NCBI GenBank assembly: GCA_964632485.1
Contig: CAZWDO010000002.1
Span: forward strand, 248,001 to 312,000
Reading direction: 5' to 3'
Source of the DNA: an uncultured bacterium
Lineage (GTDB): Bacteria; JAGOEH01
Length of the DNA stretch: 64,000 nucleotides
Shown here: piece after piece, positions 54,735 through 64,000 of the stretch
How positions within the stretch are numbered: the first letter of the stretch is position 1
How the letters are laid out: the number at the start of each line of letters is the position of its first letter
The notes under the pieces: generated by a model
Seen by the model: the letters and a program-made list of their open reading frames with translations, nothing else
The model's database searches: none
What the model was told of the DNA's origin: nothing
Translations under genes and position numbers: made by a program

Positions 54735-56231
54735 CTATAGTTTTTTTGAAATTTGAGTAGTATAAGTTTGGTAAGTTTTAACCATACTTTCCCATCCCCT
54801 CAACTTTTGATCCGTTTTTTTTTCTTGGTCGCAAATACCGCAGGGTATCGTTATTTCTTGTCCTAAATAGGAGCAGATATAATTCATTCGGCACGTTTTT
54901 AATTCAATATAACGCATTATTTTGATTAACTCATCAAATTGACATATTCGAATTTCTTCTACCCGGTCATAATCAAACCATTCCGGGTCTAAATTCATTT
55001 TAAAAAGGGGAGGGTACGGGATGTCATTTTTTTTTACAATATTTTGCTCCATCAAATCCACCAGAATTCTCTTTACCATTGAGTCGTCAAGCTGGCACTT
55101 TCGGGCAAAATCTTGAATACTGAAACCGGTATGATTTAATTCAGTCAGAATTTGCTGATAGTATTTAATATGGGGGCGATGCGTATTAATAAAAAATTCA
55201 CGGATATGACGATCCTGTTCATGGAAGAATAGTACCGCTGAAGCCGGTTGACCATCGCGCCCGGCTCGACCGATTTCCTGATAATACTCCATAAGCGAAC
55301 CCGGCATTTGAGCGTGGATGATATAGCGTAGATTTGATTTATTAATTCCCATCCCAAGAGCATTTGTAGCCGTCAGACATGAAATTTCATTTTTAAAAAA
55401 ACGGGTTTCCCGGGTTTGTCGTTCTTGTTTAGGTAATCCGGCATGATAAAATTCGGCGGAGATGCCAATAGTCCGCAGCCATTGCGCGGCCTGTTCCGTG
55501 CGTTCCCGCGTTCCGCAATAGATAATGCCGGGAGGAGGATTGTTTTTCACTAACATCCCCAAGCGACACCATCGTTCTGATTCATCTTTGATTGAAATAA
55601 CGTTCAAAGCTATATTTGATCGTACAAGAGGACCCCGGTTTATCTCCATGTTTTCGCCGATCTGATTCTTGATATCATTTATGGCAGAAGACGTTAAAGA
55701 GGCTGACATTGCCAGCGTGGGTACTTGGGGGAAACGTTCGGTGGTTAATTCAACCAACCGGCGATAATCGGGGCGAAAATCATGCCCCCATACTGAAATA
55801 CAATGCGCTTCATCAATCGCAATAAAACTTATTTGTAAATTATCCAGGTTCTTTAACCACTGCCGGGAATGGATCCGTTCGGGAGCAAGATAAAGGAGCT
55901 TCAGTTTTCCCGTTGTGGCTAATTTCAGAATATAGCGGTTAGTGCCCGGATATTGTTGACTATTGATTGCGCCGACAGGCAGCTTTAGCTCCTGCAATTG
56001 GCGGACTTGATCGCGCATGAGCGCAATCAGGGGCGATAAAACCAAGGTGATGCCCGGAAAAAATAAAGAGGGGAATTGATAACAGAGCGATTTGCCGAAT
56101 CCTGTTCGCTGAATGGCCAGCACTCGTTTGCCCATTAAAATTTTCTGTATTATTTCCCATTGGTCGTCATGAAATCCGGGAATATGAAAAACCTGGTTTA
56201 AATAAGCTTCACATTGTTGACGGCTCCACAT
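54735..56231 (-). CDS. RecQ family helicase (short form, no HRDC)
   Basis: TGFGKSLCYQ, DEAHC..WGHDFRP, YQEIGRAGRDG, Zn-binding CR..CGIC. Confidence 0.9.
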   Translation of the reverse strand: MWSRQQCEAYLNQVFHIPGFHDDQWEIIQKILMGKRVLAIQRTGFGKSLCYQFPSLFFPGITLVLSPLIALMRDQVRQLQELKLPVGAINSQQYPGTNRYILKLATTGKLKLLYLAPERIHSRQWLKNLDNLQISFIAIDEAHCISVWGHDFRPDYRRLVELTTERFPQVPTLAMSASLTSSAINDIKNQIGENMEINRGPLVRSNIALNVISIKDESERWCRLGMLVKNNPPPGIIYCGTRERTEQAAQWLRTIGISAEFYHAGLPKQERQTRETRFFKNEISCLTATNALGMGINKSNLRYIIHAQMPGSLMEYYQEIGRAGRDGQPASAVLFFHEQDRHIREFFINTHRPHIKYYQQILTELNHTGFSIQDFARKCQLDDSMVKRILVDLMEQNIVKKNDIPYPPLFKMNLDPEWFDYDRVEEIRICQFDELIKIMRYIELKTCRMNYICSYLGQEITIPCGICDQEKKTDQKLRGWESMVKTYQTYTTQISKKL

Positions 56232-57423
56232 GCTTCAATCGCTCCCGTTTGCTTTTCAAATTGTCAATTTGGTAAAACGCCAAACGCTGTCCACCGTATG
56301 GAAACTCAATGATTCGATCGGTGACCGGAACCAACCATTTTACGGGGGGGAAGAAAAACCCCGCATCGGTTTCACAATCGCTTTCCATCTTGGACTGTAA
56401 AAATCTTAGCAACAACCGGTTGGCTTCAGAGGGATTTGAGAGCTTCCAGCCATAGGGGGGATTTGTGAATATCAATATTCGACGATGTGTGGTTTTTAAT
56501 GGAAGGGGATCCAGCGCATTCCCTTGACATAATATGATTTTCGATAAAGATAATGATTCTTGTAAATTTTGTTGGGAAATCAGCAGATGATTAAAACTGA
56601 TATCTCCACCATAGTAAATGAATGGAGCGGATTGTGACAGGGGAGGAGTGAGAGAATCATTTGCTTTGAATTGACCGATGGGTAGCGTTTGAAAGCTGAA
56701 TTCCCGTTGGGGAGGTCGGTTGGATATCATGCCCGTTAATTCGTTCAGAACGGTGCCGCCTCCACAGAAAGGATCAATTATCATATCGTATTGTCGGGTT
56801 TTAAAAAATTGGAATCCAGCGCTGATGATATTCTCACGTAATGGAGTTCGTCCCTTTAATTTGCTCCAGCCCCGCTTGTACAATGGTGCTCCGGTTAAGT
56901 CCAAACTAATATTTAAACGGTTATGATCCATGCGAATATAAAGATTAACCGCGTTGTCGCCTTTTTGCTGGAACTTATATTGAAATTGGTCCTGGTAATA
57001 GCATTCAATCTCCGCGTTGACCCTTTCTTTTAGTTTTGTTTCCGAATATAACCAAGAGCTGATGCTGGCGCTGTTTATTTGTAGAGTGATGGGAAATCCT
57101 AAATAGTACTCCCATTTAATAGTTGAAATTCCACGATTGAGCTGCTTATAGGACAAACAGGGAAAACTCGCTATCCGCCAAAGAAATCGGATGCCCAACT
57201 TTAAATGGATATGGAGCGCCATTATTGTTTGCAGATCAGATTCGATTAAAATTCCTCCCAAATCCTGATTTAAAACTTTAAAAGAAGAAGTCAATTGGGA
57301 TAGTTCCGCTAATGCATATTTTTCCCATGCGGGAGGAACAATATAGTAAAAATGTCCGGGATGATGAATAATATGGCGTTTAATTTTTTTTTTGATCTGG
57401 GAATCAATAGGACGATGAATCAT
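56209..57423 (-). CDS. THUMP-domain RNA methyltransferase (RlmL-like)
   Basis: SLDLTGAPLYKRGW, PLRENI, DPFCGGGT, TNPPYG. Confidence 0.8.
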   Translation of the reverse strand: MIHRPIDSQIKKKIKRHIIHHPGHFYYIVPPAWEKYALAELSQLTSSFKVLNQDLGGILIESDLQTIMALHIHLKLGIRFLWRIASFPCLSYKQLNRGISTIKWEYYLGFPITLQINSASISSWLYSETKLKERVNAEIECYYQDQFQYKFQQKGDNAVNLYIRMDHNRLNISLDLTGAPLYKRGWSKLKGRTPLRENIISAGFQFFKTRQYDMIIDPFCGGGTVLNELTGMISNRPPQREFSFQTLPIGQFKANDSLTPPLSQSAPFIYYGGDISFNHLLISQQNLQESLSLSKIILCQGNALDPLPLKTTHRRILIFTNPPYGWKLSNPSEANRLLLRFLQSKMESDCETDAGFFFPPVKWLVPVTDRIIEFPYGGQRLAFYQIDNLKSKRERLKHVEPSTM

Positions 57424-57425
57424 GA

Positions 57426-58331
57426 TTAAGTTGTCAGCTTTTTCGTCACTTCCATCTTGTAAGCATTGAGTTCCATTAAAAAACTTTCTTTAATTTGAGA
57501 AAAACGAGCTTTTTTTTCAGCGGAGGTAAGTTCACTGTTCTCTTCAATCTCATCAATTTCCATAAGAAATTTTTTATCAAGCAAATTAAGCTTTTGCTTA
57601 ATCTGACGTCGAAAATTTGTCAGTTCTTTATATTCATTATTCGAAGCCGACTTTTCACCGGTTGAAATGTTTAATTTTTTTTTAGGGGAAATAATTTCCG
57701 TTTCATTTCCATAGCTAAGTTTTATCCGGTCCCGCTTTTTTATAATCGATTGATACCGATTCGACATTGAACTTAGTGGAATGGGATGCCTGGACTCAAT
57801 TTTTTGACGGGATAAAATTTTATTCCATTCAGCATGATTAGCGATGAAATCAGCATCCGATGACCCATGAGATTTGGCAACTATTTTTTGACCTTGTATC
57901 TGTAGATTAGCATTTTGAGATTTTGTTTTGCTTTTAACAGATGCCTTTTTAATAAAAGGGTCTGTCCGAATTGAAATTTTAGTTGGCTCCTTTTCCAAAT
58001 AAGGGTTTTCTACGGGTCGTTCAGTCCGAGCAACTATCTTATCGGAATTGATTTTATGTGAAGAGGCTGGTTTTTGTTTGTTACTACTTTTTTGTGGGGG
58101 GGGCGCTTTTAAGGTTTCCTGGATTGTTGTTTGTGGGGGGGCAGTTTTTGTAAATTTTGAGCTTGATGATGTTTTAGGTGTGATTATTATCTCTTGTTCA
58201 GAATTGATAAATTCATCATTATCGCTATTTGAAAGTATAATTGTATGCTTGGAAGTTCCGCAACCCTCCTCAACGATCTTTCTTGTTGTTTCAAGTGGAT
58301 TGTGCCCGACGCTTTCCTTGAGTTTGGCCAT
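57426..58331 (-). CDS. Hypothetical protein (K/S/T/P-rich middle, helical C-terminus), candidate ParA partner
   Basis: 301-aa ORF 16 bp downstream of parA with an AGGAG RBS; no ParB domain recognised. Confidence 0.7.
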   Translation of the reverse strand: MAKLKESVGHNPLETTRKIVEEGCGTSKHTIILSNSDNDEFINSEQEIIITPKTSSSSKFTKTAPPQTTIQETLKAPPPQKSSNKQKPASSHKINSDKIVARTERPVENPYLEKEPTKISIRTDPFIKKASVKSKTKSQNANLQIQGQKIVAKSHGSSDADFIANHAEWNKILSRQKIESRHPIPLSSMSNRYQSIIKKRDRIKLSYGNETEIISPKKKLNISTGEKSASNNEYKELTNFRRQIKQKLNLLDKKFLMEIDEIEENSELTSAEKKARFSQIKESFLMELNAYKMEVTKKLTT

Positions 58332-58347
58332 ACCTTGTTTCTCCTAT

Positions 58348-59133
58348 TTAAATCTGGTTAACGATCTCTAAACAAAGATCGGCAAAATCCTGCGCCCCAT
58401 TACTATTCGGCGCATACAAAAAAATTGGTTGCCCCCAACTACTTGCTTCGGATAAGGAAATATTGTTGCGAATAAATGTATTAAATAGTTTTGGTTTCAG
58501 ATTGGAGTCTTGTTGGATCATATTGATGATTTCTTTATGGTGGCGGAGTCGCTGATCGTACATATTAATGATAATGCCATGAATAGTAAGGTTAGGATTC
58601 GCTTGAGCTTCAACGACTTCATGCACAGTTTGCAATAATTCGGAAAGACCCATCAAATCGAAATATTTTGCTTGTGTAACTATGAATATTTCATTAGCGG
58701 TAGTGAGAGCCTGAAGAGTAATCAAACTCAAGGAAGGTGGCGTATCAATACAAATGTAGTCCCATCGGTTGATAAAAGGCTCAAGCTTTCGTTTGAGTAA
58801 ACTTTCCCTGCCAATTTTATTGCAGAATTCAATTTCAAAATTTTTAAGCAGGCTGGATGATGCGATCAAATCCACTCCATAGCGCTGGATAATATAATCA
58901 TCCAGCGAATCAACCACTGGATCGTGAAGGAGATTATAAACGGACTTTTTATTTATGATGGGCTCATGGATTCCAAAATAAGCGCTCAGATTACGCTGCA
59001 TATCCAAATCAATGGCTAAAACTTTACGATTATAAAAATGCTCAAGACCTTTGGCTACAGACGCGCAACACGTTGTTTTTCCACAGCCACCCTTTTGATT
59101 GATAAAGGCAATTATTCGTGTTTTTTTCCGCAT
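58348..59133 (-). CDS. parA: ParA/Soj family ATPase (orphan)
   Basis: Deviant Walker A NQKGGCGKTT, IDLDMQ.N, IDTPPSL, IRNNISLSEA. Confidence 0.9.
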   Translation of the reverse strand: MRKKTRIIAFINQKGGCGKTTCCASVAKGLEHFYNRKVLAIDLDMQRNLSAYFGIHEPIINKKSVYNLLHDPVVDSLDDYIIQRYGVDLIASSSLLKNFEIEFCNKIGRESLLKRKLEPFINRWDYICIDTPPSLSLITLQALTTANEIFIVTQAKYFDLMGLSELLQTVHEVVEAQANPNLTIHGIIINMYDQRLRHHKEIINMIQQDSNLKPKLFNTFIRNNISLSEASSWGQPIFLYAPNSNGAQDFADLCLEIVNQI

Positions 59134-59303
59134 GGGGTTCCTTTTTTAAAAAGGCAGGAATCAATCAATTCAAGGTCATCCCGTCATCGTTGTAATTATA
59201 CTTAAATCTATTGTCTAATATACGTTGGCATTGTCGGTTTGTCAAGATTTTTTTTGGATTTGCCATTGATTTATTGGGAATCTTCAAACCCACAATATAA
59301 AAA

Positions 59304-60716
59304 TTATTGCCAATTGAAAAAAATGGGAGGAATAAGCAATAACATACCAATAATCAGAAGAATAATTTGAAGTTTGATAATCCATTTCGCCCATTTTTCC
59401 CAGGGAATTTGGGTACACATGAGAACGGTCATGGTCACTGGTGAAGTGGGGACAATCATATTGCTGAAACCATCGCCGAATTGATAGGCTAAGACGGCTA
59501 CCTGTCGGGTAATTCCTGTCAGATCTGCCAAAGGAACCATAATCGGCATAGTCAGAGCGGCTTTTGCGCTGCCTGAAGGAACAAAAAAATTGATCGCGCT
59601 TTGAATAAAGAACATGATTTGAGCGGAAACAACGGGATGGAATCGGGTCACGATATTGGTCAGTGAGTTCAGCATAGTATCGATGATGTGGCCATCCTGC
59701 GCAACAAAGAGCACTCCACGAGCTAAGGCAATGATCAATACCGTGCCCACCAAATCTTTAGCGCCGGCGACAAACGCATCGGTGAATTCTTTGATGCTCA
59801 AACGTCCCACGACAGCAGTCGCAAACCCTAAAACGATAAAAACGCCCGTTATTTGCTCAATATACCATTGGTATTTCAATACTCCGACAATCATGACAAT
59901 AATTCCCATAATAAAAGTAATCAAAACGGCAATATGCTTTTTATCTAAATGAAGGTTTTGGGTCGCTGTTTCTAAATGCAATTTCGATCGGGCCTCCTGA
60001 TCCTGTTCAAAAGTAATGCTGCTGGCGGGATTTTTTTTCACTTTCCTTGCATAGTACATGATAAATAGGGTGCAAGCGGCAGTGATAACGAGCCAACAGA
60101 CCAGACGATAAGCGATTCCGGAAAAAAGGGGAAGCCGGGCGATTTCCTGGGCGATACCAATGGTGAAAGGATTCATGAAAGCTCCGGCAAATCCAGCCCC
60201 GGCGCCAATAAAAGGGATCGCAAGCCCGACAACTGTATCGTATCCCAATGCTAATGCCAACGGGACAAAAATCATTACAAAAGGAATAACTTCTTCGCTC
60301 ATACCGAATGTTGCGCCGGCAATCGAAAAAAGAACCATAAAAAGAGGGATAAAAAGGCGTTGAACAATGCGATACCGTCGATAGGACCAGGCCACCCATT
60401 TGATGGCTGAATCGATAGCCTCAGTTTTTTGCAGCACTGAAAATATTCCGCCGATGATGAGCACAAATCCCATAATCAGTGTGGCGTTAGTGTCAGTAAA
60501 ACCTTTAACTGGCGCCAGGATAATCGCTCCAAATCCCTGCGGATTCTTTTCGACTGCATGATAGGAACCCGGCTGAACCAGTTCGCGCCCGGTTGTTTCA
60601 TCAAGGATACGCTCATATTGCCCTCCGGGAATAATCCACGTCAGCGCTGCCACCATTATAATAATAAGATAAACCAACAGAAACGTATTGAACGCTTTTA
60701 AATTTTTAAGTTTCAT
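59304..60716 (-). CDS. YfcC family transporter (basic amino acid antiporter / DcuC-like)
   Basis: LTWIIPGGQY, GMSEE, NPFTIGIAQ, FVPSGS, AYQFGDG. Confidence 0.88.
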   Translation of the reverse strand: MKLKNLKAFNTFLLVYLIIIMVAALTWIIPGGQYERILDETTGRELVQPGSYHAVEKNPQGFGAIILAPVKGFTDTNATLIMGFVLIIGGIFSVLQKTEAIDSAIKWVAWSYRRYRIVQRLFIPLFMVLFSIAGATFGMSEEVIPFVMIFVPLALALGYDTVVGLAIPFIGAGAGFAGAFMNPFTIGIAQEIARLPLFSGIAYRLVCWLVITAACTLFIMYYARKVKKNPASSITFEQDQEARSKLHLETATQNLHLDKKHIAVLITFIMGIIVMIVGVLKYQWYIEQITGVFIVLGFATAVVGRLSIKEFTDAFVAGAKDLVGTVLIIALARGVLFVAQDGHIIDTMLNSLTNIVTRFHPVVSAQIMFFIQSAINFFVPSGSAKAALTMPIMVPLADLTGITRQVAVLAYQFGDGFSNMIVPTSPVTMTVLMCTQIPWEKWAKWIIKLQIILLIIGMLLLIPPIFFNWQ

Positions 60717-61570
60717 GGTATCAATACCTTTCGTTTGAGGTCGTAGCGTTGACCTTGAATCAGAAGGTCCAGACGAATATTCTGACCGCTCAGGTGTTGA
60801 AATTGATTGGCGGCAATATGAGTTGTTGCGGATGCATCAATGATCATTACATTCGAGCGCCCGATCACGGTGAATATCATTTGAGGATCAATGACAATCG
60901 CCGTACTTTCATCAATACCAATCCCCAATAATTGCGGATGTTCTAAAACCAGGCTCAATAACCGGTTTTCTCGTTTCCGTTTTATGAAATGCTGATCAAT
61001 AATTACATTCTCAAGGAACCCGAATCCGGGGCCGGTTTCAATATTATTGGATTGAATGGATTTGAAACCATTTAGTGTATCGGTATTGAGTTTTTCATTA
61101 CCCGTGATCATCATTTGACACATGATGGCCGCGCCGGCGCTGGTTCCGGCAATAATACCCCCCTGGTTATAGAATGAATGCAGTTGATCCAGGAATTTAG
61201 TGCCTAAAAACAAATGTGTGAGTTTGTTTTGATCGCCGCCGGTAAAAAATACACCCCCTACTTCCGTCAATTTTTGTAAAACCGAATCGCTATCAATTGT
61301 TGATGAATCGGCTAAGATAAAACGAACATTGTTTGCTCCGTTGGATTCAAATTGATGCCGCTGAAATAACGCGGCGTCAAGAGGATCCCCACTGGCAAGA
61401 GGGATGATGAGTAACGGCTTGTCCGGTCCGCCTGAAAGTTCGATGAAACGGCGAAACAGAGTATCTGGACGGGCCCCGCCGCCAATAATCATTAAATATC
61501 CTTTTTCAGCCGGATATAATGAACTAAACCCGATTAGTATGAACAAAATAATTTCAATTATTCTCCACAT
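60713..61570 (-). CDS. Cyanophycinase (peptidase S51) with signal peptide
   Basis: IIGGG, FTGGDQ, GTSAGA (catalytic Ser), IDQHF..RKRENR, GIDEST; hydrophobic N-terminus. Confidence 0.88.
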   Translation of the reverse strand: MWRIIEIILFILIGFSSLYPAEKGYLMIIGGGARPDTLFRRFIELSGGPDKPLLIIPLASGDPLDAALFQRHQFESNGANNVRFILADSSTIDSDSVLQKLTEVGGVFFTGGDQNKLTHLFLGTKFLDQLHSFYNQGGIIAGTSAGAAIMCQMMITGNEKLNTDTLNGFKSIQSNNIETGPGFGFLENVIIDQHFIKRKRENRLLSLVLEHPQLLGIGIDESTAIVIDPQMIFTVIGRSNVMIIDASATTHIAANQFQHLSGQNIRLDLLIQGQRYDLKRKVLIP

Positions 61571-61651
61571 GGTTTCTCCTTTTTTAAATGTAATGATACA
61601 AAATAAAAAAAGAGATTCATAAAGTCAAGAATTTTTGAAATAAAAAATTAC

Positions 61652-61679
61652 TTGACTTTTTTTTTTTTTGTATTACTAT
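61652..61679 (+). promoter_or_regulatory. Sigma70-type promoter with a poly-T spacer
   Basis: TTGACT-16 bp-TACTAT; the spacer is almost entirely a T homopolymer. Confidence 0.5.
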
Positions 61680-61855
61680 TTTAATATGAATTCAAAACTT
61701 GTAATGTCGAAATTTATTAGAACATCTTCCCATTATTATAAATTGAGGTATACTTGGTTTCGTTAAAAATTTGTTACTATAATAGTTACAGTTTGTGATT
61801 TTTATAGAATAATTTAAATTGACAATTATCATAAGCTAAATGAGGAGGCAATCTA

Positions 61856-63676
61856 ATGTCTTTTACGATGAATTCTCCGATTGTAAAACAGTTTTCCAGC
61901 ATTTTTGCCAATGCAGCCTATCTGGAATGTGAAAAGGGGCATAATGGCCGCTGGACTCGCACATGCCATACATTGGATAGTTCATTACGTGACTCGTGGC
62001 GCTACAATAAAAAAAAGATTGCCGGTAAAGTTTTATTAATTGGGGGAGGGATTGCCGTTGGGGTTCTGACGGGGGGCATCGGACTTGGGATTATTGCGGC
62101 GCTTGCCGGGGCAAAATATCTGATGACAAAGATATTTAATGAAATCAGCAATCAAAAACAAAAAAAACGATTGAGGAAATATATCAAGGGTAATCCTGAA
62201 GGTGATAAGTTGCGAAAGGGAGAAAATCTGAATTTATTGACGGAAGATGCTTGCGCAGCTATTAAAAAGACTTGGGTGCATTTACGGATTGCCACTGAAC
62301 TTGCGCTTGATTATAAAAAGAATATGGGCGACCTGGCTCAACCTGAAACCTGTGAAGATGCCATTGCTCCTGCTCAAACCGCCATGAATTTTATCCATCA
62401 TTTCGATAAAGGGCGTGGATATTTGGTGCCGGCATATCTGCTTTGCGCTAAGTTAATTGAAGAATACATAAAATTTTCCGATAATTGGTCCCAGATCAAC
62501 AGCAAAATGGAACTGATTATCACGCAACAAATGGCCAATTTTCTCAATACTGGCGGTCAGGATTTTATAAAAAAAATGGGCAAACTGTTGAATGTGGATT
62601 CAAGTAGTTCAAACCTGATGGAGGATTCATTCCGGCCGACGACAGAATCCTCTGAAAACCTGGTCAACTATTCGGGTAAAGGGGTTTTCGGTCAAAAATC
62701 TATGCGAACCGTGGATATTGAGGATGTTTTGAAGAATTTGAACGACACCATGGAAAGCTCGATCCACGCCTATGAAACCCATCGCGCGCCAATTGATTTT
62801 TCAAAACATGCCCTCAAAGAAGCATTTAACTTATTGTCTCCAAATCAATTAAAAAAGAATAAGCTCTCCCGCTGGATAGGCATGGAATCGCAAAGTATCC
62901 TGCGATTTGAACTATTATTAAAACAATTATTGGAAAAATTTGACAATCCGAACATTTTCCGGAAAATACACCACCGGTTTCGTAACTGGAATTTGGCAAA
63001 TTCAAAAGGTAAAAAGTTTATATCGATTTTAAATGAGGCTATTGATGTTGGATCCTCGGTCGGTGGGGTTAGCATTGGAGTTAGCGATGCTTTGGAGAAA
63101 TCTTCAAAAATATTTATTAAAAGCGCTAATTCTCTGACCGCTAATACATTGTCATTTACGAATGAATGGGTGACGTTTCGCTATGGCGCCAAAAAAAGTA
63201 TGATGGAAAGCGATTTGTTAACGCTTGAGGAGAACGCCATTGCAAATAGTATCACAAATGACAAGGATGTAAAAAAGTATGCGACAGTGGTTTCGGAAAA
63301 ATTGTTTAAAAAAGCTGCTCATCATTTTAAAAAAGGGATTGATAAAAGTAAAGATATTGAAAAAAAATCCAGCGATGTATCCACTATTTCCAAACTTTTC
63401 GATTATGCGCAAGCCATTTACGAAGTGCACCACCATTTCGATAAGATGGAACGCTATTTAATGACCTCGATTCTTGTTTCTTTGTTTATGATGTTGAGAG
63501 TTGAGTTGTTGGCGGAAGAGGAGAAACGGATTATTACCTTTGTTGACAGTTTCACAAAACCATTTGTTATTGGCAATTTTAATCATATCAATTGTCTTTC
63601 CAAGGGCAGTATCTGCTATGGACCGCGCATCGACCAGAGCGGCAACTATTATGCCAAACCCCATGAACCCTTGTAA
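61856..63676 (+). CDS. Hypothetical 606-aa protein with Gly-rich hydrophobic hairpin and internal duplication
   Basis: GAGGAGG RBS; long ORF; HHFDK motif occurs twice 345 aa apart. Confidence 0.8.
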   Translation: MSFTMNSPIVKQFSSIFANAAYLECEKGHNGRWTRTCHTLDSSLRDSWRYNKKKIAGKVLLIGGGIAVGVLTGGIGLGIIAALAGAKYLMTKIFNEISNQKQKKRLRKYIKGNPEGDKLRKGENLNLLTEDACAAIKKTWVHLRIATELALDYKKNMGDLAQPETCEDAIAPAQTAMNFIHHFDKGRGYLVPAYLLCAKLIEEYIKFSDNWSQINSKMELIITQQMANFLNTGGQDFIKKMGKLLNVDSSSSNLMEDSFRPTTESSENLVNYSGKGVFGQKSMRTVDIEDVLKNLNDTMESSIHAYETHRAPIDFSKHALKEAFNLLSPNQLKKNKLSRWIGMESQSILRFELLLKQLLEKFDNPNIFRKIHHRFRNWNLANSKGKKFISILNEAIDVGSSVGGVSIGVSDALEKSSKIFIKSANSLTANTLSFTNEWVTFRYGAKKSMMESDLLTLEENAIANSITNDKDVKKYATVVSEKLFKKAAHHFKKGIDKSKDIEKKSSDVSTISKLFDYAQAIYEVHHHFDKMERYLMTSILVSLFMMLRVELLAEEEKRIITFVDSFTKPFVIGNFNHINCLSKGSICYGPRIDQSGNYYAKPHEPL

Positions 63677-63705
63677 TAATGTTGACAAAGTGATTGGAAA
63701 TACCC

Positions 63706-64000
63706 ATGAAATTAGTCCCATTTTTAAGTGATTCCCGTTGGGGATTTGCAGGTATTGACGGGAGTATTGTTATTGATTGCCAATATAATGAAGTTTGGCC
63801 ATTTAATGAGGGACGCGCCAGGCTCAGGCAGGATAACCGGTTTGGTTTCATTGATGAGCAGGGACACGTCGTCATCGAGCCCAAATGGGATATTGCCGAT
63901 GATTTCAAAGAAGGCCTGGCACGGGTCGTTAAAAACGAACGGTGGGGACTTATCGATCCGGAGGGCCGCGTAATGTTGGTATGTGAATTTGTTTCCATCT
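63706..64000 (+). CDS. WG-repeat (KWG) protein, 3' partial
   Basis: Translated by hand: MKLVPFLSDSRWGFAGIDGSIVIDCQYNEVWPFNEGRARLRQDNRFGFIDEQGHVVIEPKWDIADDFKEGLARVVKNERWGLID.., open to the window end. Confidence 0.85.
   Translation, partial: MKLVPFLSDSRWGFAGIDGSIVIDCQYNEVWPFNEGRARLRQDNRFGFIDEQGHVVIEPKWDIADDFKEGLARVVKNERWGLIDPEGRVMLVCEFVSI

Overview
64 kb of gene-dense bacterial chromosome from a scaffolded assembly (two 10-N gaps, 16716-16725 and 44388-44397). PFOR, a GH97, a T9SS/Por-type C-terminal domain and a PorV/FadL-like barrel suggest an anaerobic diderm, possibly FCB-group (inference only). Contents in order: RNase G/E and a methyltransferase; a minus-strand glycan-modification operon (Gfo/Idh/MocA, GT2, AsnB-type amidotransferase, GT2, YihY, tRNA nucleotidyltransferase); GT4; Met gamma-lyase-like enzyme; secreted hydrolases; a his operon (hisG-B-H-F-[A+IE fusion]-D, no hisC); a Ktr/Trk module; an Rpn-like PD-(D/E)XK gene; gldA-satP; a REC-PAS-HisKA_2 kinase; GH97; two diguanylate cyclases; trpEGDCFBA-aroF; nifJ; parA-partner-rlmL-like-recQ; a secreted cyanophycinase with a YfcC transporter; an internally duplicated 606-aa orphan and a WG-repeat protein. 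Best observations: (1) an unannotated 42-aa Trp leader peptide (..CCNWWRW..) ahead of an attenuator with two near-duplicate terminator hairpins that can be wired as a relay; (2) a single in-frame TAG inside an otherwise intact GH39-like/T9SS gene; (3) hisF with an in-frame ~69-aa internal deletion; (4) a loop-deleted, probably CC-adding nucleotidyltransferase; (5) an orphan ParA with a disordered/coiled-coil non-ParB partner. I recognised no rRNA, tRNA, CRISPR array or intact IS.
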